64,000 nucleotides of DNA from Oopsacas minuta (taxonomy: Eukaryota; Animalia; Porifera), in the NCBI GenBank assembly GCA_024704765.1, contig JAKMXF010000298.1:462050-526049 (forward strand), read 5' to 3'. Made by a program: the position numbers and the translations under genes. This document shows, one piece after another, positions 11,935 through 24,248 of the stretch. How positions within the stretch are numbered: position 1 is the first letter of the stretch; every line of letters begins with the position of its first letter. The notes beneath the pieces were generated by a model, which worked only from the letters and a program-made list of their open reading frames with translations, was not told where the DNA came from and did no database searches.

Positions 11935-12330
11935 TTTTAGTGTACCTCCTATAGGGAGATTCCTTAATGGCGTGGACGATGTGCGACGTCCGTCCTTCCG
12001 TCCGCGCGGCCGTTCGAAATCTAGCAGTCCAATTTACATGAAAATTGGCATACAATTACATTGTGGGTCGAAGATTTGCACCTCGGGTATGAATTTTTTC
12101 AAAGTGAATATTTGACACCTTTTTGGTGATTGATCATGTTTCACACCTTTCAATGTAAAATACAAAAGCAAGCTAGAGATTAGGTTTCAACATGTTGTCA
12201 GGGGTAATTGGGCGCGTAGAGTCCGATTTTAGAAGTTCAGAGTCTGAAAGTTACAAATTCACAGATTTATCATATGAATAATCATATTTTCACACCTTTT
12301 TGCACATATTTCAAATTGATCTAGAGATTT
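11935..12330 (+). mobile_element. Interspersed repeat with Helentron/DINE-1-like architecture; related segments at ~12590-12725(-), 29200-29420(-), 39245-39300, 39775-39935, 46630-46930, 58185-58380
   Basis: Shared blocks taatggcgtggacgat...cgtccgtc, ggggtaattgggcgcgtagagtccgattt, gagtctgaaagttacaaattcacagatttatcatatg..aatcatattttcacacc. 5' hairpin followed by GTCC-type simple repeat. Superfamily is inference. Confidence 0.7.
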
Positions 12331-12769
12331 CGTATAGACAGTGGGGTAATTGTAGGATAATTATTCGGAATTTTACCCATAGGATTTGAGGATATAACAT
12401 GGAATACAGTAGGGGGGACGAATGATACTGATAATACTGAAATATTTATCGGATCCAGGAGCCTAAAATCAGTCTGGTCCGGCATTTGCACGGGGGGTCA
12501 GGGGGACGAGGCGTTACAGTGCTAATATAATACACTTCACCAGAACCAATTTTATGATTTTATTCCTAATTAGCAAAACCCTACAATCTGATTGGCCTAA
12601 AATGAAAAGGTGTGAAAAAGTATGAAAATATGATAATTCATATGATAAATCTGTGAATTTATAACTTCCTGTTCGAATGTGGTCCCGCGATGCCGCACAA
12701 GTTTTCAATTTTTGACAATTCCAGCCCTGTATTTTCTAATTATACAACATATAATATCAAATGGATAAA

Positions 12770-13093
12770 TTAATTAGTATTAATAATTGGATATAGAACT
12801 CTACTTCTGTGATCCAGGTTCTGGAAGGAGGGCCTGTAGCTTAAGCTATCATATGTCACACGATTGAGCTCGTTAACTTTCCTGATGTCTTTAAACTGAG
12901 GGAGACCAGCTGTTATACCAGCTATAGACATAAATAGTCCAAGAATAGTTTCCAGAAGCAGATGAAGAGGTTGTTTAGCGAGAGAGATACTGCTTCTGGA
13001 TATAGATTTATACAGTGTGCAATATTGTATTGTAGAGAAAGTGCTGTGTACTAAAAGTATTAATCCAAACACGAGAACATATCGATGTAACAT
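12770..13093 (-). CDS. MMGT1: ER membrane complex subunit 5 / membrane magnesium transporter 1, intronless, 107 aa
   Basis: Two TM helices; GLILLVHSTFSTIQY, LETILG, FKDI, RPSFQNLDHRSRVL match the EMC5 pattern (AHAAFS..., HPSF..FNHRGRVL). Confidence 0.88.
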   Translation of the reverse strand: MLHRYVLVFGLILLVHSTFSTIQYCTLYKSISRSSISLAKQPLHLLLETILGLFMSIAGITAGLPQFKDIRKVNELNRVTYDSLSYRPSFQNLDHRSRVLYPIINTN

Positions 13094-13598
13094 TTAGCTA
13101 AAGAAAGATATACAATGAGCTCAATAAATATCCAAAAAATTAGAACTGATTTATAAGAACTCCAAATGAATTCACTAGGTTATGTAATTGGTTTGATTAT
13201 CAATCAATCTGGCATTTTTCGAATGTACAGTGGCCAATTCGGAATACTGATCAATTTCATTTATAATAGTATAGTGGAAAGTCAGGGCAGGGCTAGTGAG
13301 ATTTATGATTTAAAGATGAGGTAAATAGAGGGCGGATTAATAAATAATATTAGTTACAATTTAGTAAGATATAAACTATGTACTAATATTAAACATTTCA
13401 GATATCTGAATGAACTTATAAACCAACAAAGAAAAGTTCGAATCTCGTGGGTGAACTTCGTTACAACAAGACCGATTATATTTACAGAAACTGCTTAATA
13501 GACCCAATTCTATTACACAAGGGATTGTACTAGCTATGCGATGTCCTGTTCTCTAAGTAATGAAATTATATCTGCTCAACTAAGAAATTTACTAAACA

Positions 13599-14810
13599 AT
13601 GGCTGAACTCTATCCAGAAATTCCTCTAGTCATGAACCCGACAGAGGCTCGTATCAATCAGTTGTTCGATCATCTGGTAATCTGCCTCAACAGAAGACGT
13701 GTTAAGCTCATCAGTGAGTTCCGAGAGAGACAGAAAGAGAAAAGCACTGCGCTATCAGAAAGTGATCGAACTATTAGTCAGCTACAAGAATCGAAAGCAA
13801 GCATACAAACCCAGATGAAAGAGAACATGCTTCAGTCCATGAGAGAGAGGATGATTGAGGACATAGACGCTAAACTGAAAGAGCTACGGGTAACAGTGAG
13901 GGAGACAGAGGTGCTGTTTCAGTGTGAGACTCAACAAATAGAGGAGAGTATCTTTGTGTTAGGTCAACTGATAGAGAGGGAGATCATCTCTCCACCAAAC
14001 TATCCCGCCCTCCTACAACCCAGCATATCTGCCGGAAATAGAGGAACAGCTGAAGGAGAACTTGATTTTGCGAGAGGAATAGCTTTTAATGAGAATACAC
14101 AGCTCATCTACGTAGCACATGGTAGTAATTCAGGTCGTATAAGTGTATTTTCTGTTACAGGAGAATTCATTAAAACTGTGTGTGAGGGAATATTTAGGTA
14201 TCCACGAGGCATAGCCATAAGTGGAGAGGATGTATACATTAGTGATGTGTTGTTCCATTGCATATTTCATTATAAGTTACCAAACTTCCGATTGGTAACT
14301 GGTGTAGGCAAAGAGGGGAAAGGTAAAGAAGAGTTCAATTCTCCAAGTGGCCTCACTGTATCTACTGACAGGTCTGTGTTCGTAGCAGATCTAGATAACC
14401 ACAGGATAGTAGTGATGGATGCTAACCTAAAACACCAAAAATTCATCACACACGACACCATGACAGCGCCGCAAGATGTGAAACTACTTGATGATTCAAT
14501 ATATGTTCTGAGTAGTAAAGACAACCACTGTCTACACGTGTTCTCTCCAGCTGGTGAGAAGCTACGCTCTTTCATCACATGCAATCAGTAGAGTAATGCA
14601 CAAGTTAAAGGACCAACCACATTCTGTTTCGCCAAGAAACAGAATATTCTGATCGGAGACTATTCAGATGGAAATATCAAAGTATTCTCTCTAGATGGGG
14701 CGCTACTTCATACACTAGGGGATACTTAAGATGATGGCAAGAGAATAAAACCTATGGGCATAGTAAATTTGGATTACATATTTAGAAACAACGGTTTTCT
14801 AGAAAGTTAA
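13599..14810 (+). pseudogene. Coiled-coil plus NHL-repeat gene with in-frame stops (TAG 14589, TAA 14727); 330-aa ORF to the first stop
   Basis: NHL-like sequence continues in frame past TAG (GPTTFCFAKKQNILIGDYSDGNIKVFSLDGALLHTLG) and past TAA (KPMGIV). Confidence 0.8.
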
Positions 14811-16125
14811 TTAAAGGAAGCATCTAGTAGTGCTCGACAAATTATGTGGTTTGGTAGCTTAGTTTAGTTAAGCCACCAAAACAATTACCTTTTACACAAA
14901 GATCCTATCCTCAGTTTCGGAAATCGAAATAATATAGCCACCGAATATATTTGCGGGCCGGGCCGCGGTTAGAAATTTGAACCGCGTGTAACTCTGATTA
15001 ATGGTATGCTATCTTGAATTCGCAATTCCAGATGTCGCATAAATATGCATTTATCATGTTAACCAAATAAGCAAAGAAAATAAATAAAACTTGACCAAAT
15101 AGGAGAACTCAGATCAGACATACTAGGCTAACAAGTACATTCGGCTAGTACGTACTTTTCTCAAAAATGGATTATCAATTTGGTGCTAATAGTAGAGGAA
15201 AATATTCGGATAAGACGTACTTCGGTTATTACGTACGTATATCAATGATACATGTACTCCATATATGATAATACTGTCGAACCCGTATGTTTTGTCTCCA
15301 AAATGCATGGAAAAAGAGGTAAAAAAAACAGTTTCAACTACTAAACAATTATGCTTCGAGAGTGAAATTCTTAGTCTTCCAATTTTTCATAAAAAAACAA
15401 GTTTCTGAAACTATTTATATATCTGTTTACTTTAGATTCATAAAAACAACAATAAATTTACATATGAGAAACTGCGAAATTCGGAATCAGCATACTTTGT
15501 TACCCCAATGTAGCCGTTAAGAGCAAGTCCAGGACCGTAGCAAGCTCATGACAACTGGTCTGGCCATCGAATATAACTCAACCTGCTCAGCCGCCCATCG
15601 GTAATAGAATTACATTATGATTACAAAAAAAGACGGGATCCGGGTACCCAGGGCTGCAGCCATGAAATCTATACGTATATGTTAAGATTTAAACTATAGT
15701 TTACTTGATATTCATAAAAACAAAATTTACATATGAGAAACTTAAAAATTCGAATTTTGGATTCTACGTACTTTGTTACCTCATTATAGCCGGTAAGAAC
15801 AAGGACGAATTCGATTAGAGTGTGATACTATCTTGCAGAAACTAACTAAATATTTTGTTGGGCAGTCGCGTACGTTCGCAAACTTTATGGTTCATAACAA
15901 TTGTGCATTCCACATGAACTAGCTGAACTCCACACGATGGGCGGAGCTCTATTATTACATCCACGCCTATAGAATTACTGGAGTAGAGCGGGAATCGAGT
16001 GTAATATGATCCATAATACAAACAGGAGTGTCAAAAACAAGTAAGTATATAGTATTACATTGTGCAATAGTAATATACGTATAGACATACATATAAGAGA
16101 TGTGATCATTAATTGAGCTCATTAA

Positions 16126-16714
16126 ATGGAGACTGCTAGGTTAATCCCCAATCAAAACGCATATACTCGTCCTGGCCCAGGAGTAATAGGAACTCTGTTC
16201 GGTCCGTATCCTCTCAGAACCGGACCTAATTTCAAACAAGAGGGATACCCAGACTCTGTACAGATGAACAAGGAACCACAGAGAGTAATTTGTCCTACAT
16301 GCAAGATTGAACAGGTAAATAATACAAATAATATGCTAGAAAAGAGTTAACAAGTTCTCTTTGTAAATTCATGTTGGTTTAATGATATAATGTACTTAGG
16401 TAACTATGAAATACCGAACTATAGTCCAAATTGTGCATTTTAGCGAGACACGACACAATCAATATCTACTCAACTATTAGGTATTTAATTTTATCCTCTA
16501 GACAACTGTAATTAGCAAGAAGTCTGGAAAAGCAGTAAACATACTCGCTCAATTCATGATCATCGCTATATTATGGTATACTTGGTTATGGGCTCTCCCA
16601 ATTATCCTTGTCCCAATTGCGTTGGTACCTTACTGTATAAAGAGGTTCTACGACACGCTACATCACTGTCCTGTCTGTAATAAACTAATTGGAAAGAGAC
16701 AGTTTGCTTTCTAG
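16126..16714 (+). CDS. LITAF-domain protein 1 (exons 16126-16314, 16502-16714; 133 aa)
   Basis: CPTC knuckle in exon 1; hydrophobic stretch and HHCPVC in exon 2; CAG|gtaaat and ctctag|ACA, phase 0. Confidence 0.9.
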
Positions 16715-17094
16715 CGATAAGGATTTCCAAATTACCAAACAAACAAATTATGTTAAAGTCAGACTGGGTACAATTATGACTTATGAGAGATGTTTAGCAA
16801 GACTATCAATATGTGCAAGTTTTGTATTATTATGTAGCAAGGTATACCAGCAGATTTTGATAATATTACCCAAAATTATTCAAAAATACTCTTTATGCTA
16901 GAAATATGCCAGTCATATGCCAGAATTTAAAACATTATGCTTTATTTTATGACAGAAAATTCTTTCTGCTAGAATTATGCTAGACAAGCTAGAAAGTACT
17001 AGTAACAACTCCAGCATTTATCGTATTCATAATTTTTAGTGAAAAGGCCTCACTGAAATCCAAACGATTCATTTGTCAAACTAGATTTATACAT

Positions 17095-17277
17095 CAGTGG
17101 GACCTCGTTAATACGAACACAGTTAATACTTATTTCCGAATAAGACGAACAAATATTTACACATATCCAGGTCCCTATAGTGGATTTCCAATTAGTTTTG
17201 CTCCGGTTAAACGAACTCTATGTAAGGAGAACAAATTTTGACCCTCTGTTGGTGTTCGTATTAACGAGGTTCCGCTG
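17095..17277. mobile_element. Tc1/mariner (pogo-type) MITE
   Basis: ~27-bp TIR cagtgggacctcgttaatacgaacac / gtgttcgtattaacgaggttccgctg; TA TSD degraded. Confidence 0.8.
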
Positions 17278-17464
17278 TCTGTATTTTTACACTATAATTG
17301 AGTAACTCAAATATGATAGCATCAATAATATATATGCCCAACCATGGCCGGCGCCGCCTATTTGAGAGAGTGGACTAGTGGGTGTCCGACTCTCAGGACG
17401 CCCACGGTGGCGCTGACCCTGCCAACTAAATTTTTTATTTTGAGCAAGTTGAGTTAGCAGTTCT

Positions 17465-18206
17465 ATGTCACAGCAAAGGAATCAAGTGCCTCGGGGCTAT
17501 GAACGAGGACCACCACCAAATTACACCTCTGTTATGCCAACAGGAAACGAATATGGTTCTTTAGTAGAGCAAATAGGACACAATCCTCAACATATAACTT
17601 GTCCAAATTGTAGAGTTACACAGGTAATGTATACTATCTTATTAATTTATTAATTTTTCGTGGAATTAATTCTGGGCTGGTATCTACATTCTCAACCGTA
17701 TAGTTAGAGCGGTCCGTGCGTAATTTATAAATGTTGGGCGGACTCATGCAACAATGCTAGATCCACTACCCACCAAAGTCGTCAGGCACTAATATTTATC
17801 ATACAGAAATGAATTATATTTATTTGTATCATATGGGAAATATTGGTAGTTCCAATCAGCTCCAGTCTTAAATATCATAGCAAGCTACAACACATTCAAT
17901 ATTATATAATGAGATGGCAAAAAAAACTAGAATTATTTCATATGTATTACATCATTATTGCCCTGAATTTATACTGTTGACTTTATTATTTAGATATCGA
18001 AGATACAAAGAGAAATAGGACCAGGTGCACTACGCTGTACTTTAATCATGTACATAGCGGTGATATGCACTTTGATATTTATATTACCAGTTCTTATTGT
18101 TCCCTTCTTTTGTGTTCCACTCTGTATGAACCGCTACAAACAAACAGAACATGTGTGTCCTTCATGCAATCACATCATTGGCGTATGCCGTATGAAAATA
18201 AAGTAG
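17465..18206 (+). CDS. LITAF-domain protein 2 (exons 17465-17623, 17994-18206; 123 aa)
   Basis: PPPNY; CPNC; intron at the same position as in LITAF1; 213-nt exon 2 with TM segment and HVCPSC. Confidence 0.9.
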
Positions 18207-19117
18207 TCTATATTTATTATGTGTTTCTGGACATGCTCTTTCTATTTTATATCCTGTTAATGTAAACTTTAACAAATTACTAGTTAATATATTTCAACGA
18301 ATATCAGGCCCTCGGGAGGGCGAGACGCATTTCATTATCATTACCTTATTATTTATGACGTTATTATAATACAAATAGCCATTTAATGGAAAATTGAATG
18401 ACTCTACTTTGAAATATGTAAACTAAAGTAAACGTGTTATATGACTTTTGTGAAGAAAAATCTACTATTCACCTTATATAAGTAAATAAATTGTGTAGTT
18501 GAAACTTGAAAACATTGAGAAAATGGTGAGGTAATGACAATATGCTGAAACAAGTTTCCAACTACAGTGAATTTGCCTTAGTTATTATCGCAGATATCAC
18601 AAAATGAATACAGTAGAACCTCACAAAGTGGGGTAAGACTTCGGGAATACCCACTCCGACAAAGCGAGGGGTACCTAAAAAGGGCCCAAAACAACATCCA
18701 AGCCATTTATTCATTATTAATACCGTTACTCAATTGCCGAATAATAATATCCGAGAGTCGAATAAGAGATAATTATTCGACAGTCGAATAACGATGTTAA
18801 TAACTTTGGGATTTTTCACTGATCTTTACCCCATTTATGAGATATACACCTCTTTAGGAGGTTTGGTCTTCGAAACAGGCCCTTCCTCCATACCAATTTG
18901 TGGGGCACCTACCTTGAAAAGCTCCAGTTCAGCGGTTTTGATTAATTTTACAAGATTTTCTTGTCGAGTTATTTTATAATTTCAAAAGGATTCAGGTTGG
19001 CCCAGGGCTCCTGAAGGACCCATGCTTATATAAAAATAAGAGGCGTCCCACTTCTCTGACGGAGGGGAAGGCTAAAAATACTGATAAAAAGGAGGATAGC
19101 GTCTATCGCAGAAGAGA

Positions 19118-19189
19118 TGCTTATCTGGGAATCGAACCCAGATTCTCACATGAGCAGTGTGTGCGTTATATCCATTAAACTAATAAGCG
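19118..19189 (-). other. tRNA-like sequence (pseudo-tRNA or tRNA-derived repeat), copy 1; apparent anticodon GCT
   Basis: Minus strand GCTTAT TA GTTT AATGGATA TAAC ... CTGGG TTCGATT CCCAG ATAAGC: acceptor and T arms pair, Pol III A/B boxes present; anticodon arm imperfect. Confidence 0.65.
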
Positions 19190-20267
19190 AAGTAACGATA
19201 GACAAAGCCCCCTACTTATATATAACCTCACAAGCTTATATATATTCCATAACTCTAATCAAAATTCTCTTATGGGTAGATAATATAATTGATACAGTAG
19301 TTAGAGAATATATATTAGATTGAGTATGATGAATGTAGATATAATTTAACAAAAAATATCGACTATAAGAAACATGAATAGTCTCCAGGGGTAACACCCG
19401 GAATTCCAGTGTAAGCGCGTTTTGGAGATATAATGTTCAATTCAGTGATATAGGTCCCCCCCACCCAAACGAAGGTCACCCATATAGAACCTATAGGCTC
19501 AAGGAGATACATAGCTCTATATAGACTTCTCGCTTGTTGACCCAGATACATTCCTTGTACGTGCTCGTTATTAAGAGGTTTCAGTTGTGCCAGAGTAACT
19601 CTCTTGCGAGTTGGTTCAGATTTTTACTGTTTTAGATTATGACTGCCCTCACATGTTGTCCCAGAGGATCTATTTCCGAGATTACATATTCGCAAAAAGT
19701 TTGATGCAAAAAATGAAAACGAAACGAAATCAAATACAAAGAAGAGATTACTGCTACAAATAATTTACATGCAAACGAAGTTAACGAACAGAAATAGTAA
19801 TACAAAGAAAACCCTGCTGCAGCAAATCAAATCGTGCATCAAACATCCGGACAACACCCAGAGGCAAGTCTGATACTAATCCAAACAACATCCTGACTAC
19901 AGTAAGATTCGTTTGCATGTAATCTGTTTGCAAATAAGTAATCTGTCTATTTCCTGCATCGCTAGTAATTTAGTGTACAGGCCCGGTGACCCCCAAAACA
20001 CTAGTGAATTCGGACCATCACGCCCAGAAAACGCTAACGATTTCACCTACGCCGGCCCTATATCGCTAGCGTGAACCACCTGCCCGCATGCAAGCTCCCA
20101 AAACGCGCTTGATCTATGTTTACTGAAATCATCAGTTACTTCATAAGGTGAAATTTACCCTATTTTGAGAACAGCGGACGTGAAGAAGAGAATTCTACTG
20201 AGAATGTATCATCAACAAAACCATATAAATATCATGTGATAAGTCAATGAATTAATGGTACGATTGG

Positions 20268-20393
20268 CAGGATTGCCGCGGGTATGAGAATCATTTACTT
20301 GCTATGGGAATTCCCATATGAGAAAACCCATAGGAATTCCCACAGAAATCCTGTGAGAATGGGAATTGAAATTCCGTACCCATGGCAACCCTG
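20268..20393. mobile_element. hAT-like MITE, CAGGGTTGCC family (fragments at ~51273-51305, 51640-51755, 51810-51875)
   Basis: TIR caggattgccgcgggtatg / cgtacccatggcaaccctg; internal ggaattccca repeats; no clean TSD. Confidence 0.65.
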
Positions 20394-21630
20394 ACAATGG
20401 TGGCTATCGGGCTAATAATCTGCAATTTAAAGCGGATCTGATGCTGTCCAGCTTTTATTCAGGTTTGATAGTTCATTTGTGCAGTAATGTCCAATTTTTT
20501 TGTAAAAAAATTGAAAATTCTACTGTGTTTATGCAAAACCCATCTTCTGCTAATTTTGATGAATCACTAGTTTTAAATGTGAAATCATTTTCAGTTTATG
20601 GAATTAAAGTTCCATGCATATTGCATTATTGCTGCCATGTGCCAATTTCGGAAGGGCATTAGAATACTTTTGATTAATCACGTGGTAACATAATTATGAA
20701 TACAACCAATTGATTTTGTATTTTAACAGTTTCTATCAATGAATATTACCTCTTTTGAAACAATTTGGATGATGCAAGTTGGTTTAATAGTCTGATGGTA
20801 TCAACTAGTATCCTGATAGAACAGTAAATGTATAAACACGCTAATTACTAAAATAGGGAAAAACAACAACAAATAATACGAATAATATAAACAAGGGGAT
20901 AGAGAGAATAGAGCCTCTGTAGGTTGTGTTTTCATATAACATTGTTCCGTTAGTTGTGTATATATTCGGTATTCCAGTTTATAGCGATCACAAATAGAGC
21001 TACCAGACTTATCATATGGTAGATTTTCGAATTTTCATCTTGTGTGATTCTAGACAAGATAATATATCCAAATATACGAGTATTAAAATTGGGGGTAAAG
21101 AAACAAGTTATAGTGTATCATTGTCTGGTTGAGAAACTTTTATATAATTCCATACGACATCGCAAATCGGCTAAATTAATTAAATAGTTTACGTTGCAGT
21201 TTTGTAAACTCGAACAGACTATCAGATAACCATTAAGTAAATATAACAACATTCCAATAGGTTCTTCATATTTTATTTAAATATAAATAAGCTCTTGTTG
21301 ACTTATTTTGAAATGGCGTTCGCCTATTCTCCCGTGAATTTTTCACTTCGATAGGGCTGTAATTGGGCTACTCTAGCTATACTAAACTTAGTCATATTGT
21401 AATTACCTATTTTTAGGAGAACAATAACTAGCTAAGTTTGTTTCTAATGAAATTGCCACAAAATACATTAGTTTCCTATAGTATATTATTTCGAAAATAT
21501 TTTCGGATTTAAATTCCTACACATTTCCCAACCTTTTGATAAGAACCCCTTATTAGCCTATATAGACCCCCCTCTATAGATTACAACTTCCCGTGCACCC
21601 TTCAGGAGTCTATGGCCCCTAGGTTGGATC

Positions 21631-21784
21631 CAGGGTTTATACATAAATTTCTGGACCGTCACTTTTTCTTACCCTGGCTCTCCTGGGATGGCACTTTTTT
21701 GGACGGTGACATATTGATCCTGACTAATTTGAGTCTCATGGCCGGTACTTTTAGGTGCCCGCCAAGCACTTAGATAAACCCCTG
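21631..21784. mobile_element. hAT MITE about 100 bp upstream of the GST start
   Basis: TIR CAGGGTTTAT / ATAAACCCCTG; perfect 8-bp TSD GTTGGATC (21623-30, 21785-92). Confidence 0.88.
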
Positions 21785-21880
21785 GTTGGATCACTATCCT
21801 ACTCTATAAATGAAGGGCGCCCAAATACGAGTTTTCAACACCTTATTTATAATTACACAACATTACCCTGTGTTATTAGC

Positions 21881-22564
21881 ATGTCAGGCCTGAAGCTATT
21901 CACAGACCCCATATCACAGCCATGTAGGGCTGTAATGATTTTACTCGATATCAATAAAATCCAATTCGAAACGGTTCTGATACAAATATTGAAAGGAGAA
22001 CATAAGACTAATCAGGAATTGAAGGCTGTAAATCCGAATTGTTTGATACCTGCATTGCTTGATGGGACTTTTTCACTTTATGAGAGTGGAGCTATTCTTA
22101 GGTATATTTGTAATACTCGGCCTGTTGCAGATAATTGGTATCCTAAGGACCCTAAAATACGCGCTAAAGTTGACCAGTATTTGGACTGGCATCACTCAGC
22201 GATCAGAATATCTACTGTTTGGTTTTTGGCACAGTATGTCTCAAAAAAACCTCCCTCAGACCCTGAGATCGTGAAAGTTAAGGAGAAATTGGTTGCTTCG
22301 CTTACAATCCTAGACAGTCATACTTTGAAAGAGAATAAATTCATTGCTGGAGAAAACATTTCAATCGCTGATTTGCAATTATTGTGTGAACTATCTGAAT
22401 TCTGGATTGTCAACAAAAATATTTACGCTGGATTCCAGAGGATTGAAGAGTGGGTGAAAAATTGTGTCGAGTTGCTAAATCCACATTTCGACCACAATAA
22501 CGCAGCTATTATGCAACTTAAAGAAAGTGGTGCACTTGGTTCCGACCCTGACCCACTCAAGTAA
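21881..22564 (+). CDS. GSTT: Glutathione S-transferase, theta class, intronless, 227 aa
   Basis: SQPCRAV catalytic Ser motif, VNPNCLIPAL, LYESGAILRY, ARVDQYLDW-like KVDQYLDWHH, ISIADL. The GTG start in the ORF track is not used. Confidence 0.92.
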   Translation: MSGLKLFTDPISQPCRAVMILLDINKIQFETVLIQILKGEHKTNQELKAVNPNCLIPALLDGTFSLYESGAILRYICNTRPVADNWYPKDPKIRAKVDQYLDWHHSAIRISTVWFLAQYVSKKPPSDPEIVKVKEKLVASLTILDSHTLKENKFIAGENISIADLQLLCELSEFWIVNKNIYAGFQRIEEWVKNCVELLNPHFDHNNAAIMQLKESGALGSDPDPLK

Positions 22565-23742
22565 CCTTTGTTCAGAAGTTAGTATCCATAGTCCATTTAG
22601 GGATTTATAGAGTTTGCTTCTCTTCTTCAAGCTTTGTATCCATATTTACGTGGATATATTGTATATTGAAACTAAAACTATTTTGTGTTTCAACATGATA
22701 TGACTAGCATGGACAACTCACATACATTCTGGGTTGCTTAATGTGAAACACGAAGGGAGCAAAATCTTATTAATAATAAACAGACTTCATAGTAATGGAA
22801 CTGAATTCAATATAATCCTTTGGAATGACTTTGTTCACAAGCAAGGATGAAAAGCTGTTAACTACCAATTTGACTGTTTGCGGTTAATAGCCACAATTCT
22901 CCAAGCAATCAACTGGTAAATTTGCAGCTATTTGAGCTCTTAAACCAAATTATTGCAGTAATCAGCCTAATTTGAATCATAACAAATAATTTTAAGCTCC
23001 CAATTTTAGGTAATACGTATTTATAGACAGGCCGTAATAAGCAGTTTTCAGTTTGTCAAGTTGAGCTAATATTTCCTAGGAAAATGGTGGAAAACGACTG
23101 AATGGTGGAACCAAGCAGAAATTGATATAAGTAGGCATAAAAACGATCAGTTTGTCGGATAATAGTTCATTAAAATATCGGTTGTATCAAATATTGATGC
23201 CAATTCTTCGGTAAAAGAAATCAAACATGGGGGGCTAAGGTATCGACAAATTTGGGAAAAAATCTCGATAATCAATTTCTAGAGCCAGGGTTACTCGGGT
23301 GGCTTGGCCAGAAACAGAATCATATAAATAGTGTTAAATTGCTCAGTTTAGTAGTCTAATACCTTTATTCCGCTTAAGAGGGTAAATTGGCCTGGTCCTG
23401 ATGTGACCATGTGAAGCGGAGTCTAGTGGATATATATATATGTTCAACAGGGGTAATATGCGAAATTGGGCATTTTTGCATTAGCCATAATGCTGGATAA
23501 TGTAGCTATTTGCTAACTTCTCAGGCATTTTGCAAAATGTCTCCTTCATTAGCCAATTTGCATAATGCCAAATATTGTGCAGTAGTAGGAGCCGCATAAC
23601 CGGGACACCTCGGGAGTAAGGTTTTGTCCCCATTATCCGGACATCCCGTTTTACCAGTGTAAATCTTTAGATGCTTTACTATTAGACTCGGTTAAGCAGC
23701 TTCCACTGTATCAATTGTTTCGTTCGTTCCGGACATTAGGTA

Positions 23743-23979
23743 CAGTAGACCCTCGGTATCCGAACAGCAGGAAGTTTGTTTAGTTTGTGAAAATTGTACA
23801 CATTTTTGGAGCTTCTGACTACTCTAGTACTAGTTTTTTTGAAAGCTGTCGTGGTATTATGCCTTAGTGGCATGAACATGCAGTAAAATATACTAAATTA
23901 CAAAATCCTCTATTTCACTTATCCGAACACCATACTTGAAATTCAAAGACAAGGTGTTCGGGTAATCGAGGGCGAACTG
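23743..23979. mobile_element. Tc1/mariner (pogo-type) MITE; a second degraded one is adjacent at ~23580-23710
   Basis: TA|cagtagaccctcggtatccgaaca ... tgttcgggtaatcgagggcgaactg|TA. Confidence 0.8.
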
Positions 23980-24178
23980 TACATATGTCCAAATTGCTGG
24001 ACATTATGCAATTGCAGGTTGTCTAATTGATGTACAGCTTCATAAATTATCATTCAGGATGCATTGCATCCCTGTATCCATATCTTACCTAACCATAAGA
24101 GTAATTAAAGTAAATTATCGAAGTATATATATGAATGAGAGTATGTTAAATATCAGGAGGCCTTGTCTATTGCTACTT

Positions 24179-24248
24179 CGCTTATTAGTTTAATGGTATA
24201 ACGCACATACTGCACTTGTGAATTCTCGGTTCAATTCCCAGATAAGCC
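24179..24248 (+). other. tRNA-like sequence, copy 2; apparent anticodon GCA
   Basis: GCTTAT TA GTTT AATGGTA TAAC GCACATA CTGCACT TGTGA ATT CTCGG TTCAATT CCCAG ATAAGC; homologous to 19118-19189. Confidence 0.6.

Noticed and set aside
14589-14729. Stop-codon reassignment or selenocysteine to explain the in-frame stops in the NHL gene
   Set aside because: The stops are TAG and TAA, not TGA, and other genes in the window terminate normally at TAG/TAA.
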